Shown: positions 21,208 to 29,320 of the stretch, one piece after another | Position numbering within the stretch: the stretch's first letter is position 1 | Layout: the number at the start of each line of letters is the position of its first letter | DNA from: Bacteroidales bacterium | Lineage (GTDB): Bacteria; Bacteroidota; Bacteroidia; Bacteroidales; WCHB1-69 | Length of the DNA: 64,000 bases | Assembly: GCA_017651425.1 (NCBI GenBank) | Contig: JAGCCZ010000001.1 | Span: forward strand, 6,222-70,221 | Reading direction: 5' to 3' | The notes under the pieces: generated by a model | What the model saw: the letters and a program-made list of their open reading frames with translations, nothing else | Database searches by the model: none | Told to the model about the DNA's origin: nothing | Translations under genes and position numbers: made by a program

Positions 21208-22761
21208 TTAAAACGTGTGAAGAAATTTGGAGACTATGGCGAACAGTTTATCACTATTGTAGATCCAAACTCCGTCGTGATCCACAAATAGTGGAACGTA
21301 AACCCTGGTTTTTGCTTTTTTGAAATCAATCAGCATTGTCGGGGAGGAAATGTTCTGCTGCGAATCTATCGTGCAACAGGCCATACAATATTTTCCGGAT
21401 GAATAGCCGCCCACAACGCATGCCTCCCCACTTTTTCCCTGATAGTTGGCGATATTATCGATGAAGAAGACGTGAATCATGTCGTCTTTCATATATGTAT
21501 TAAATGAGAACATACTTATTCTCAGTAAGTTCAAAGACCTGGCAGCTGACATTATCGCCTGACTTTTTTGAATCATACTCGCATCGGAAAGATCTCCCTT
21601 CTTGTTGACAAAATTGACTATGATATTTCCGGCCAGCGTATATGTGTCTGACATGATGGACGTCTCGTTATGGGGTTCGCCCAGAAGTGCCAGTGTGCCA
21701 TCGCTGAACTCGTAAAAATCCAGCGGCCAAACTGTGTATTCCTTGGCGGGATCCCCTGATTTCGGATGCTTATATGAAAAATATTCCTGCGGGAATTTTG
21801 CAAAGCTGATTATAGGGTTGTAAAAAGATTCGTTCTCAAAACAAATGGTGTAAGTCCCGACTTCTTTGCCGCCGAGCTCGGATGCATAATACCCGCCGAT
21901 GACTGGTCTTCCGTCCTCTGTTACCAGAATTTTTCCGTTAGAGGGTGACCCGAACTCGAAAGTGGAAAAATCGTCGGTAGTTGCCATAACATCATCTCTG
22001 TTCAGTCTGAAAGAATGCAATGTCTCATTGGAATAAGCATTCCCTTTTTTGTTAAATGATTTGATGACAGCGAACGCAGTGGCATCGTTTCCGATGGCGA
22101 AATCGAAAAGCTGAAGGGTATTGTTGGCTGTGCCCACAGCAATGGATTGTGACCAAACCAGGCCTTCTTCCCCGAATGCGACAGCCGCTGCTCCTTTGAA
22201 AGTGTAATCGTTTCTTTCAATCAGGACGCTGTTATTCCTGGTGTGCATCATCAGCACGGCAGCTTTAGAGTCATCCTTAGAACGTGCCACATGAACCAGC
22301 ATGTCGTCCCTTCTCTCCATCGGAATTGAGATTATTTTTTCCGGATTCCATACGCCGCTTTGCCCTGTTTCTTTAGGTACTCTGTTCAGATAGAGTACGA
22401 AATTCTTTTCACTATCCTTGAATTGGCAATAGACAAGAATCAGCTCTTCGGCCCCCTCGTATGCCGTCAGAAGCTCATATTCAGCCGTGTGTTCGACGTT
22501 TATTCTCTTCCCGGTTGTGCCGTCTTTCTGGGCGAGAACGATAACGTCCCGCACGATCCATTTGCTGTATGACGGGTTTGCCGAATTAATCACAATTCCG
22601 CTGAAAAAGAGGTAATGGTCGGAACCATTTCCTTCCAAACGTGTGAGATAATTGCGGTACGTGCCCACTTTGTCCACCACTTTGGAGACTGTCTCCTGTG
22701 AATAGACAGAAAGTGTGGCAAGCATGAACAGGAAAAATAAAATCTTTCTCATTGTCAACAT
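21208..22761 (-). CDS. Hypothetical secreted protein, no family recognised
   Basis: 517-aa ORF with signal peptide MRKILFFLFMLATLSVYSQ. It is visibly more AT-rich than its neighbours. Confidence 0.6.
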   Translation of the reverse strand: MLTMRKILFFLFMLATLSVYSQETVSKVVDKVGTYRNYLTRLEGNGSDHYLFFSGIVINSANPSYSKWIVRDVIVLAQKDGTTGKRINVEHTAEYELLTAYEGAEELILVYCQFKDSEKNFVLYLNRVPKETGQSGVWNPEKIISIPMERRDDMLVHVARSKDDSKAAVLMMHTRNNSVLIERNDYTFKGAAAVAFGEEGLVWSQSIAVGTANNTLQLFDFAIGNDATAFAVIKSFNKKGNAYSNETLHSFRLNRDDVMATTDDFSTFEFGSPSNGKILVTEDGRPVIGGYYASELGGKEVGTYTICFENESFYNPIISFAKFPQEYFSYKHPKSGDPAKEYTVWPLDFYEFSDGTLALLGEPHNETSIMSDTYTLAGNIIVNFVNKKGDLSDASMIQKSQAIMSAARSLNLLRISMFSFNTYMKDDMIHVFFIDNIANYQGKSGEACVVGGYSSGKYCMACCTIDSQQNISSPTMLIDFKKAKTRVYVPLFVDHDGVWIYNSDKLFAIVSKFLHTF

Positions 22762-22908
22762 TTCGGGTTCTGGATTTATTTTCCATATCCGTGCAAGCAG
22801 AACCCATTAACCTGCACTTCAATTTAATTGGGGCCGCCACAATCAGAGCCGCCACAATGTGACGGCTCTGCGTTGTGTTATTTTGTATGGTATTAGGAAT
22901 ACATCGTG

Positions 22909-24141
22909 TTATTTCATCGCTTCCACGGCGGCCTTGATGCGACGGCAGGCCTCCTGGAGCTTTTCCTCAGAGGTGGCGTAGGAGAGGCGGATACAGTCGT
23001 CGTCGCCAAAGGCGCTGCCCTGCACGGTGGAGACGTTGGCGTCGAGCAGGATGTAGAAGGCGAGGTCCTTGGAGTTCTCAATGACGGTTTTGCCATACTC
23101 CTTGGCGAACTCGGAATCGGCGGGCACATGCTTGCCGAAAAGGGATTTCACCTTCGGGAAGAAGTAGAAGGCGCCCTGGGGCAGGCACACCTCGAAACCG
23201 GGGATCTGCTGGAGCAGTCCATAGACCAGGTCGCGGCGCTTTTGGAAGGTGGCGCGCATCTGGAGGATGTCCTCGGAAGTGGCGGGGTCCATCTCCATTG
23301 CGCGCAGGGCGGCGCGCTGCGAAATGGAGCCGGTGGCGGACGTGATCTGACCCTGCATCTTGCCGCAGGCCTTGGCCACATCGACAGGAGCGCCGATGAA
23401 ACCGATACGCCAGCCCGTCATCGCGAAGCCCTTCGCCACACCGTTCACCGTGACCACTTGGTCCTTGATGAAGTCGAACTGGGCGATGCTCTCGTGACGG
23501 CCCACGAAGTTGATGTGCTCGTAAATCTCGTCGGACATCACCATCATCTGCGGGTGCTTGGCCACCACCTCGGCGAGGGCGCGCAACTCCTCCTTGCTAT
23601 ACACCATACCCGTCGGGTTGGAGGGGCTGCTGAACATCATCAGCTTGGTGTTGGGTGTGATGGCGGCCTCGAGCTGCTCGGGCGTGATCTTGAAGTCGTT
23701 CTCCAACTTGGCGGGCACATAGATGCATTTGCCTTCGGCCATCTCCACGATGGCGCGATAGGAGACCCAGTAGGGGGTTGGGATGATGACCTCGTCGCCG
23801 GGGTTCACCAACGCCATCACCACCTGGTAGATGGACTGCTTGCCGCCGGTGGAGACCACAATCTGGTTGGTGGCGTAGTCCAAGTTGTTGTCTCTCTTGA
23901 ATTTATTGCTGATGGCCTTCAACAGATCGGCATAACCGGGCACGGGAGGATAATGCGTGAAATTATCGTCAATAGCCTTTTTGGCATACTCCTTGACCGT
24001 TTCCGGGGTGTTGAAGTCGGGCTCACCGATGCTCAAACTGATGACATCCTTGCCCTTTTCCTTGAGGTCGCGGGCCAAAGCGGTCATGGCTAACGTCTCC
24101 GACGCGGCCATAGAAGTGACTCTTTTTGATAAACGTTCCAT
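22909..24141 (-). CDS. Class I pyridoxal-phosphate-dependent (aspartate-type) aminotransferase
   Basis: 410 aa with SIGEPDFNTP and the SKGFAMTGWRIG PLP-lysine context. Confidence 0.88.
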   Translation of the reverse strand: MERLSKRVTSMAASETLAMTALARDLKEKGKDVISLSIGEPDFNTPETVKEYAKKAIDDNFTHYPPVPGYADLLKAISNKFKRDNNLDYATNQIVVSTGGKQSIYQVVMALVNPGDEVIIPTPYWVSYRAIVEMAEGKCIYVPAKLENDFKITPEQLEAAITPNTKLMMFSSPSNPTGMVYSKEELRALAEVVAKHPQMMVMSDEIYEHINFVGRHESIAQFDFIKDQVVTVNGVAKGFAMTGWRIGFIGAPVDVAKACGKMQGQITSATGSISQRAALRAMEMDPATSEDILQMRATFQKRRDLVYGLLQQIPGFEVCLPQGAFYFFPKVKSLFGKHVPADSEFAKEYGKTVIENSKDLAFYILLDANVSTVQGSAFGDDDCIRLSYATSEEKLQEACRRIKAAVEAMK

Positions 24142-24174
24142 ATATGAGGGTTCCTTTTTGATAATAATTACTTG

Positions 24175-24215
24175 AAAATAAGAAAATTAAGAAAATAAGA
24201 AACTAAGAAATTAAG
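24175..24215. repeat. Five tandem units of AAAWTAAG, followed at 24228-24253 by ~3.5 units of TTAACTC
   Basis: Read directly in the 111-bp spacer between the two aminotransferase genes. Confidence 0.8.
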
Positions 24216-24252
24216 GGCGTTCAACTTTTAACTCTTAACTCTAAACTCTTAA

Positions 24253-25452
24253 CTATTCCGTTCTTCCCGGATACACCTTAAGGGCTTCTTCGAGGCACTT
24301 GACGGCCTTCCGGAGGTCTTCGACCTTGAGGCAGTAGCTGATGCGCACCTCGTTCTTGCCCTTTCCGGGAGTGGAGTAGAAACCGGTGGCGGGGGCCATC
24401 ATTGTGGTTTCGCCGTTGTAGTTGAACTCTTCGAGCATCCAGCGGCAGAAGCGGTCGGAGTCGTCGATGGGCAGGCGGGCCACACAGTAGAAGGCGCCCT
24501 TGGGCATCGGCACAAAGCAGCCGGGGATGGCGTTGACACCGTTCACCACGGTGTTGCGGCGGGCCACATAGTCGGTGATGACGGCATCGAAGTACTCCTT
24601 GGGGGTGCTGACGGCAGCCTCGCCGAGGATCTGGCCGTAGGTCGGGGGGCTCAGACGGGCCTGGGCAAACTTCATCGCCGTGTTATAGACATCCTTGTTG
24701 TGGGTGATGAGGGCGCCGGTACGCACACCGCAGGCGCTGTAACGCTTGGAAACGGAGTCCAAAAGCACCACATTCTGCTCCAAACCTTCCAGCTGCATCA
24801 CGGAGAAATGCTTGACACCGTCGTAGCAGAACTCGCGATAGACCTCGTCGGCAAAGAGGAACAGGTCGTGTTTCTTGGCGATCTCGCCCAATTGGCGAAT
24901 TTCCTCTTCCGTGTAGAGATAGCCCGTCGGGTTGTTGGGGTTGCACACCATAATGGCCTTGGTCTTCGGGGTGATGAGTTTCTCGAACTCCTCGATGGAG
25001 GGCAGTGCGAAACCGTTGTCGATGGTAGAAACGATGGGTTTCACCACGACACCGCAGGTGACGGCGAAGCCGTTGTAGTTGGCGTAGAAGGGTTCGGGGA
25101 TGATGATCTCGTCGCCCGGATCCATACAGCTGTTGAAGGCGAAAAGGAGGCCTTCGCTGCCGCCGGTGGTGATAAGGATCTCGTCAGGGGTGATCTCGAT
25201 GCCCACGCTGTGGTAGTACTCCACGAGTTTCTTGCGGTAGCTGAGGTTGCCGGCGGAGTGGGTATAGGCGATGACGGGGATGTCGGCCTGTCGGACAGCC
25301 TCGCGGGCGCCCTTCGGCGTCTCGATGTCGGGCTGGCCGATATTGAGGTGATACACGTGAACTCCGCGTTGCTTGGCAGCGTCGGAGAAGGGCACTAATT
25401 TACGGATCGGCGAGGAGGGCATGGTTTGCCCTTTTTTGGATATTTGCGGCAT
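24253..25452 (-). CDS. Class I/II pyridoxal-phosphate-dependent aminotransferase
   Basis: 399 aa with NIGQPDIETP and SVSKRYSACGVRTG motifs. Confidence 0.85.
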   Translation of the reverse strand: MPQISKKGQTMPSSPIRKLVPFSDAAKQRGVHVYHLNIGQPDIETPKGAREAVRQADIPVIAYTHSAGNLSYRKKLVEYYHSVGIEITPDEILITTGGSEGLLFAFNSCMDPGDEIIIPEPFYANYNGFAVTCGVVVKPIVSTIDNGFALPSIEEFEKLITPKTKAIMVCNPNNPTGYLYTEEEIRQLGEIAKKHDLFLFADEVYREFCYDGVKHFSVMQLEGLEQNVVLLDSVSKRYSACGVRTGALITHNKDVYNTAMKFAQARLSPPTYGQILGEAAVSTPKEYFDAVITDYVARRNTVVNGVNAIPGCFVPMPKGAFYCVARLPIDDSDRFCRWMLEEFNYNGETTMMAPATGFYSTPGKGKNEVRISYCLKVEDLRKAVKCLEEALKVYPGRTE

Positions 25453-25500
25453 AGTTTTTTAGGTTATGTTGTTAATAATAATACTCTTAAAAATGGGGCG

Positions 25501-25508
25501 CAAAGATA
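25501..25508 (-). promoter_or_regulatory. -7 box TATCTTTG upstream of the aminotransferase gene
   Basis: Lies 48 nt upstream of ATG 25452. Confidence 0.5.
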
Positions 25509-25664
25509 CTATTTTTTTCAAGGCAATGGCTAACACCTTTTTATTGGGGATGAGTTGACCCGCTCACCATCGCCCCCATCGGCAGAATGCTGTCATTCAG
25601 TCCGATACGTGTGTCGGCGGTAAATTCGACAAAGCGGTGATAGGTTCTTTCCTGCACAGCCGCT

Positions 25665-25936
25665 GAAGCCCGTCAGGGCTTCCATATCTGCAGCCGATGG
25701 CGTTCCCATGGTGTTCCACAACCCCGTGAGGGGTTGCATGACGAATATGACAATGTTTTGACAACATGTTGTATATGAATCCCCTACGGGGATTTTGGGT
25801 TGCGGAGGGCACCCTTTTTCTACAGATATGGATCCCCTAACGGGGATGGTGGTTGGTTGTTGGTGGGGGCGTGTGAAAACGATGTCTGGTAGATATATAT
25901 AATAGATAATATTCCTTAAGCAGCCCCGTTAGGGGC
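25665..25936. repeat. Cluster of five short GC hairpins of the form (G/C)CCC-N3-4-GGG(G/C)
   Basis: The hairpins are at 25665-25682 (GAAGCCC gtca GGGCTTC), 25719-25736 (CAACCCC gtga GGGGTTG), 25778-25794 (AATCCCC tac GGGGATT), 25832-25847 (ATCCCC taac GGGGAT) and 25923-25936 (GCCCC gtta GGGGC). Confidence 0.85.
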
Positions 25937-26033
25937 AAGAGCTTGGTAGCCAGGGGTTAAAGCGCGAGGAACGAGCGCTGCAACCCCTGGAATGGGGTGC
26001 GTGCGCGGGAAAATCGCGGCGCGGGAGAAGGTT

Positions 26034-26328
26034 GAGACGAGGTTGTGGGGTGCTCGCCGCGAAACGGATGTGGGGTTCGACGAGCCTGCGTGAGGGATTG
26101 CAGTGGAAATGATTTTGGCGAGAATGCGCTCCTTAGTGAGACGGAGGTTCCGCTTGACGCTTCGCGTCTCGCGGAATGGTGGTGGGCACTAAGCCAAAAT
26201 CATTGGAACGGAAAGCCCGACGGCGCGGCGGCATTGGACGACGTGTGCGAACGGAATGTGATTTTCCGCCGCCGCGCCGGCACGCCCAAATAAAAAAAAG
26301 GATGCAAAAGCACTGATTTGTGCCATCA
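26034..26328 (-). repeat. Copy A of a ~300-bp GC-rich structured repeat with two long nested hairpins, inverted relative to copy B
   Basis: The reverse complement aligns by eye with 28602-28922. Shared blocks are TTTTTTTATTTGGGCGTGCCGGCGCGGCGGC, GCCGCCGCGCCGTCGGGCTTTCCGTTCCAATGATTTTGGC, CTCGCCAAAATCATTTCCACTGCAATCCCTCACGCA and CACAACCTCGTCTC. Confidence 0.85.
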
Positions 26329-26329
26329 T

Positions 26330-26368
26330 GTTGAGACGCGACGCGACGCGTCTCAACGATTTTTTTTT
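26330..26368 (+). terminator. Strong intrinsic-terminator-like hairpin with no annotated upstream plus-strand gene
   Basis: 11-bp stem GTTGAGACGCG/CGCGTCTCAAC with a 6-nt loop, then GA followed by nine T. Confidence 0.65.
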
Positions 26369-26413
26369 AATGAATAAGTCCCGGCAAGAAAACCTTCATA
26401 TTGAAATAATACC

Positions 26414-26421
26414 TATTTTTG
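26414..26421 (+). promoter_or_regulatory. -7 box TATTTTTG upstream of trxA, with a long leader
   Basis: Lies 107 nt upstream of ATG 26529. The leader contains a 10-bp inverted repeat, AATGGGCTTC..GAAGCCCATT. Confidence 0.4.
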
Positions 26422-26528
26422 CAGCCGCAATTTCCATATCGTGTACAATGGGCTTCGCACGGCCTGGAAGTTGCGCGACTAATAAAGACTAATGAAGCCC
26501 ATTTACTTATTATACAAAGATATACACT

Positions 26529-26843
26529 ATGGCATTAGCAATTGATTCTTCCAATTTCGAGACCCTTGTCAACGGCGACAAGCTGGTCGTGATTGACTTC
26601 TGGGCACCGTGGTGCGGCCCTTGCCGCCACCTGGCCCCCACCATCGATGAGTTGGCCGCCGAATACGAAGGCAAGGCCGTCATCGGCAAGTGCGACACCG
26701 ACGAGAACAACGACATCGCCATGCAGTTCGGCGTGATGAACATCCCCATGCTCGTCTTCGTCAAGAACAAGGAGGTCGTGGACAGCCTGGTGGGCCTGGT
26801 CCCCAAGGATATGATCGTCGAAAAGATCAACCAGTATCTGTAA
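26529..26843 (+). CDS. trxA: Thioredoxin
   Basis: 104 aa with the WAPWCGPC active site. Confidence 0.95.
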   Translation: MALAIDSSNFETLVNGDKLVVIDFWAPWCGPCRHLAPTIDELAAEYEGKAVIGKCDTDENNDIAMQFGVMNIPMLVFVKNKEVVDSLVGLVPKDMIVEKINQYL

Positions 26844-26874
26844 ATTCTATTTTTTCATTCTAAATTTTACGCCT

Positions 26875-28533
26875 ATGAATTTCATTTCCAATTTATGGCA
26901 TGACCATCGAACGCTGATGGTGTTTTTCATGGTCCTGATTGTTGTCATCCCCTTCTTGCTTTTCTATTTGAAGAAAGCCAAGAACGAACATCCCAAAGGT
27001 TTGATCGCCGCCGCCTTGAGCAACATGGGCGAGCGTTTCGGCTATTACATCATGAATGCCGTTTTGGTGTTGTTCATCTGTTCCAAATTCGGCATCTCCG
27101 ATGAGACCTCCGGCCTTATTTTCGGGGTGTTCTATTTCCTGATCTATGTGCTGGCCCTGCCGGGCGGTATCATTGCCGACCGCACCCAGAACTACAAGAG
27201 GACCATCATCACCGGTATCATTGTGATGGCTATCGGCTATGCCTTGCTGTCTATTCCGGTATTCAGCGAGCACGGAGCCAAATCCTGGGTGTTCGTGCTG
27301 GCCATGATTGCCCTGCTGCTCATCGCCTGTGGTAACGGTCTCTTCAAAGGAAACCTGCAAGCCATTGTGGGCCAGCTGTATGACGACTTTGAAGCCGAAG
27401 CCGCCAAGCAAGGTCCTGAAGCTTTGGCCAAGGCCAAGGAGAAAAGAGACAGCGGATTCCAGATTTTCTACGTGTTCATCAACATCGGCGGTGTGATCGC
27501 CCCCTTTGTGGCTCCCATTATCCGCGACTGGTGGCTGAGCGCCCGCAATCTGGTTTACAACGCCGACCTTCCCCGCTTGTGCCACAAGTTCATCATGGGC
27601 ACGATGGAGGGTAACGACATGTCCAACTTGACAGAGCTTTCTCAGAAATTTGCGGGAGCAGCCGACAATCTCCCCGCCTTCTGCCAGAACTACCTGCAAG
27701 TCTATAACACCGGCGTACACCTCTCCTTCATCGTCTCCGTGGTGGCCATGCTGATCTCCCTTTGCATCTTCGTTGCAGTTCGTCACAAACTTCCGAACCC
27801 TGTCAAGAAAGAAAAAGTCGATGTGCAAGAATACACCCACGAGGAGCGTCTCGCCAATGCCAAAGAGATCAAACAACGTATGATGGCCTTGTATGCCGTT
27901 CTCGGTATCGCTGTGTTCTTCTGGTTCTCCTTCCACCAGAACGCCCAGTCGTTGTCCATCTTTGCCCGCGATTTCGTTGACACGACGAATCTCCCGCCTG
28001 AGATCATGCAGTTTATCAATCCGTTCTTTGTGATTGTGCTGACGCCCATTATCATGTGGATATTCGCCTCTTTTGCCCGCAGAGGCAAGGAGGTTTCCAC
28101 TCCGAAAAAGATCGCCTTGGGTATGTTTATCGCGGCATGTGCCTATATTTTCCTGATTATCATTGCCGTCATGCACAACTATCCTTCCGGCACCGAATTC
28201 AAGGCCATGGAGGAAGGTGTCAAGATGAGCATGAAAGCCAGCCCCGGCGTGCTGATTGTGACCTACTTCTTCCTCACGGTGGCAGAATTGTTCATCTCCC
28301 CGCTGGGATTGTCGTTCGTTTCCAAGATTGCACCGCGTCACATGGTCGGCAAATGCCAAGGCTTGTGGTTGTCCGCAACCGCCATCGGCAACTTGTTCAT
28401 CTTCCTCGGTGTCAGAATGTTGAATGCATTCCCGCACCAGTGGATGACTTGGGGTGTCTTCGCCCTGATCTGTCTCGCCTCCATGTCCATCATGCTCGGC
28501 ATGCTCAAATGGCTGGAGAGAGTGACGCAATAA
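26875..28533 (+). CDS. Proton-dependent oligopeptide transporter (POT/PTR2 family, DtpT-like)
   Basis: 552 aa, polytopic. NMGERFGYYIMN matches the ExxERFxYY motif region. Confidence 0.88.
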   Translation: MNFISNLWHDHRTLMVFFMVLIVVIPFLLFYLKKAKNEHPKGLIAAALSNMGERFGYYIMNAVLVLFICSKFGISDETSGLIFGVFYFLIYVLALPGGIIADRTQNYKRTIITGIIVMAIGYALLSIPVFSEHGAKSWVFVLAMIALLLIACGNGLFKGNLQAIVGQLYDDFEAEAAKQGPEALAKAKEKRDSGFQIFYVFINIGGVIAPFVAPIIRDWWLSARNLVYNADLPRLCHKFIMGTMEGNDMSNLTELSQKFAGAADNLPAFCQNYLQVYNTGVHLSFIVSVVAMLISLCIFVAVRHKLPNPVKKEKVDVQEYTHEERLANAKEIKQRMMALYAVLGIAVFFWFSFHQNAQSLSIFARDFVDTTNLPPEIMQFINPFFVIVLTPIIMWIFASFARRGKEVSTPKKIALGMFIAACAYIFLIIIAVMHNYPSGTEFKAMEEGVKMSMKASPGVLIVTYFFLTVAELFISPLGLSFVSKIAPRHMVGKCQGLWLSATAIGNLFIFLGVRMLNAFPHQWMTWGVFALICLASMSIMLGMLKWLERVTQ

Positions 28534-28557
28534 TGTGACACTTCAAACCACACTACA

Positions 28558-28588
28558 GAGGATGGCGCAAGGCCATCCTCTTTTTTTT
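28558..28588 (+). terminator. Rho-independent terminator of the trxA/POT unit
   Basis: 9-bp stem GAGGATGGC/GCCATCCTC with a 5-nt loop, followed by eight T. Confidence 0.8.
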
Positions 28589-28601
28589 GCAATGATATAC
28601 C

Positions 28602-28922
28602 TGATGACACGAATCAGGGTTCTGCATCTTTTTTTTTATTTGGGCGTGCCGGCGCGGCGGCTATGGCGGCATCTGCGTTCTCGCAGATGTAGAGACGTGC
28701 CATGGCGCGTCTCTACAGAACGGACGTGATTTCCGCCGCCGCGCCGTCGGGCTTTCCGTTCCAATGATTTTGGCGTAGTTCCGCCGCCGACGATAGGAGG
28801 TAGCGGAATCTCCGACTGGCAACGGCACCCATTCTCGCCAAAATCATTTCCACTGCAATCCCTCACGCATGTTCGTGGAAACCCACACCCTTTTCGTGGC
28901 GGGCAACGCACAACCTCGTCTC
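28602..28922 (+). repeat. Copy B of the ~300-bp GC-rich structured repeat
   Basis: Hairpin 1 is at 28650-28746, with 12-bp arms CGGCGCGGCGGC/GCCGCCGCGCCG. Hairpin 2 is at 28761-28851, with arms CCAATGATTTTGGC/GCCAAAATCATTTCC. An internal palindrome lies at 28688-28717. Confidence 0.85.
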
Positions 28923-28952
28923 TTTGTCCGCACACCCGTGCGGACACCCCAT

Positions 28953-29215
28953 AACTCCCCTTCTGATTTTCAGAAGGGGTGCCCGAAGGGCGGGGTAGTT
29001 AATATATAGATTTATAATACCTTATAAAAGAAACAACCACCTTTAATAGCAGCAGAATCAAAGATCTCTATGTCCAAGATCTCCCCCATGAATAGAAATT
29101 TTGTCGGATTATTCTCACACGATCCACAGATAGATAACAAGGATGGCCTAACGGCCAATCTCTCATATATCTACCCCGCCCTTCGGGCACCCCTTCTTCA
29201 AAAAGAAGGGGAGTT
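28953..29215. repeat. MITE-like unit: ~45-bp terminal inverted repeats around a 173-bp AT-rich core
   Basis: The left arm is AACTCCCCTTCTGATTTTCAGAAGGGGTGCCCGAAGGGCGGGGTAG (28953-28997). The right arm (29171-29215) is its reverse complement apart from changes in one hairpin. Confidence 0.7.
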
Positions 29216-29320
29216 TTTGGGTGCGGCACCCAAGGTGCCGCGAACATAATGAACGATGAAATTCACGCCGTTATTGGTCTCCTTGGGTCAACTATTATAT
29301 TATCTTTACCTTTTTTTTCA

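Noticed and set aside
25597-25812. Small ORFs inside the repeat zones (25597-25812, 26045-26293, 28636-28947, 55077-55466, 55183-55647)
   Set aside because: They run through palindromic hairpin repeats. Their apparent conservation (for example VRDCSGNDFGEN) follows from nucleotide-level repeat identity in either orientation. They have no promoter or start context.
25665-25936. Possible CRISPR array, because of the repeated short palindromic units
   Set aside because: The units are only 14-19 nt long and differ in sequence. Their spacing is irregular, at about 37-75 nt. No cas genes are in the window.
26074-26080. GGTTCGA T-loop-like motif suggesting a tRNA
   Set aside because: The flanking bases do not form a T-arm. 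No acceptor or anticodon stems can be drawn. I found no tRNA anywhere in the window.
28953-29215. Invertible promoter (Bacteroides fin-type switch)
   Set aside because: It lies in a convergent 3'-3' intergenic region with no gene to drive. I found no TAnnTTTG box in the 173-bp core on either strand. No recombinase gene is nearby.
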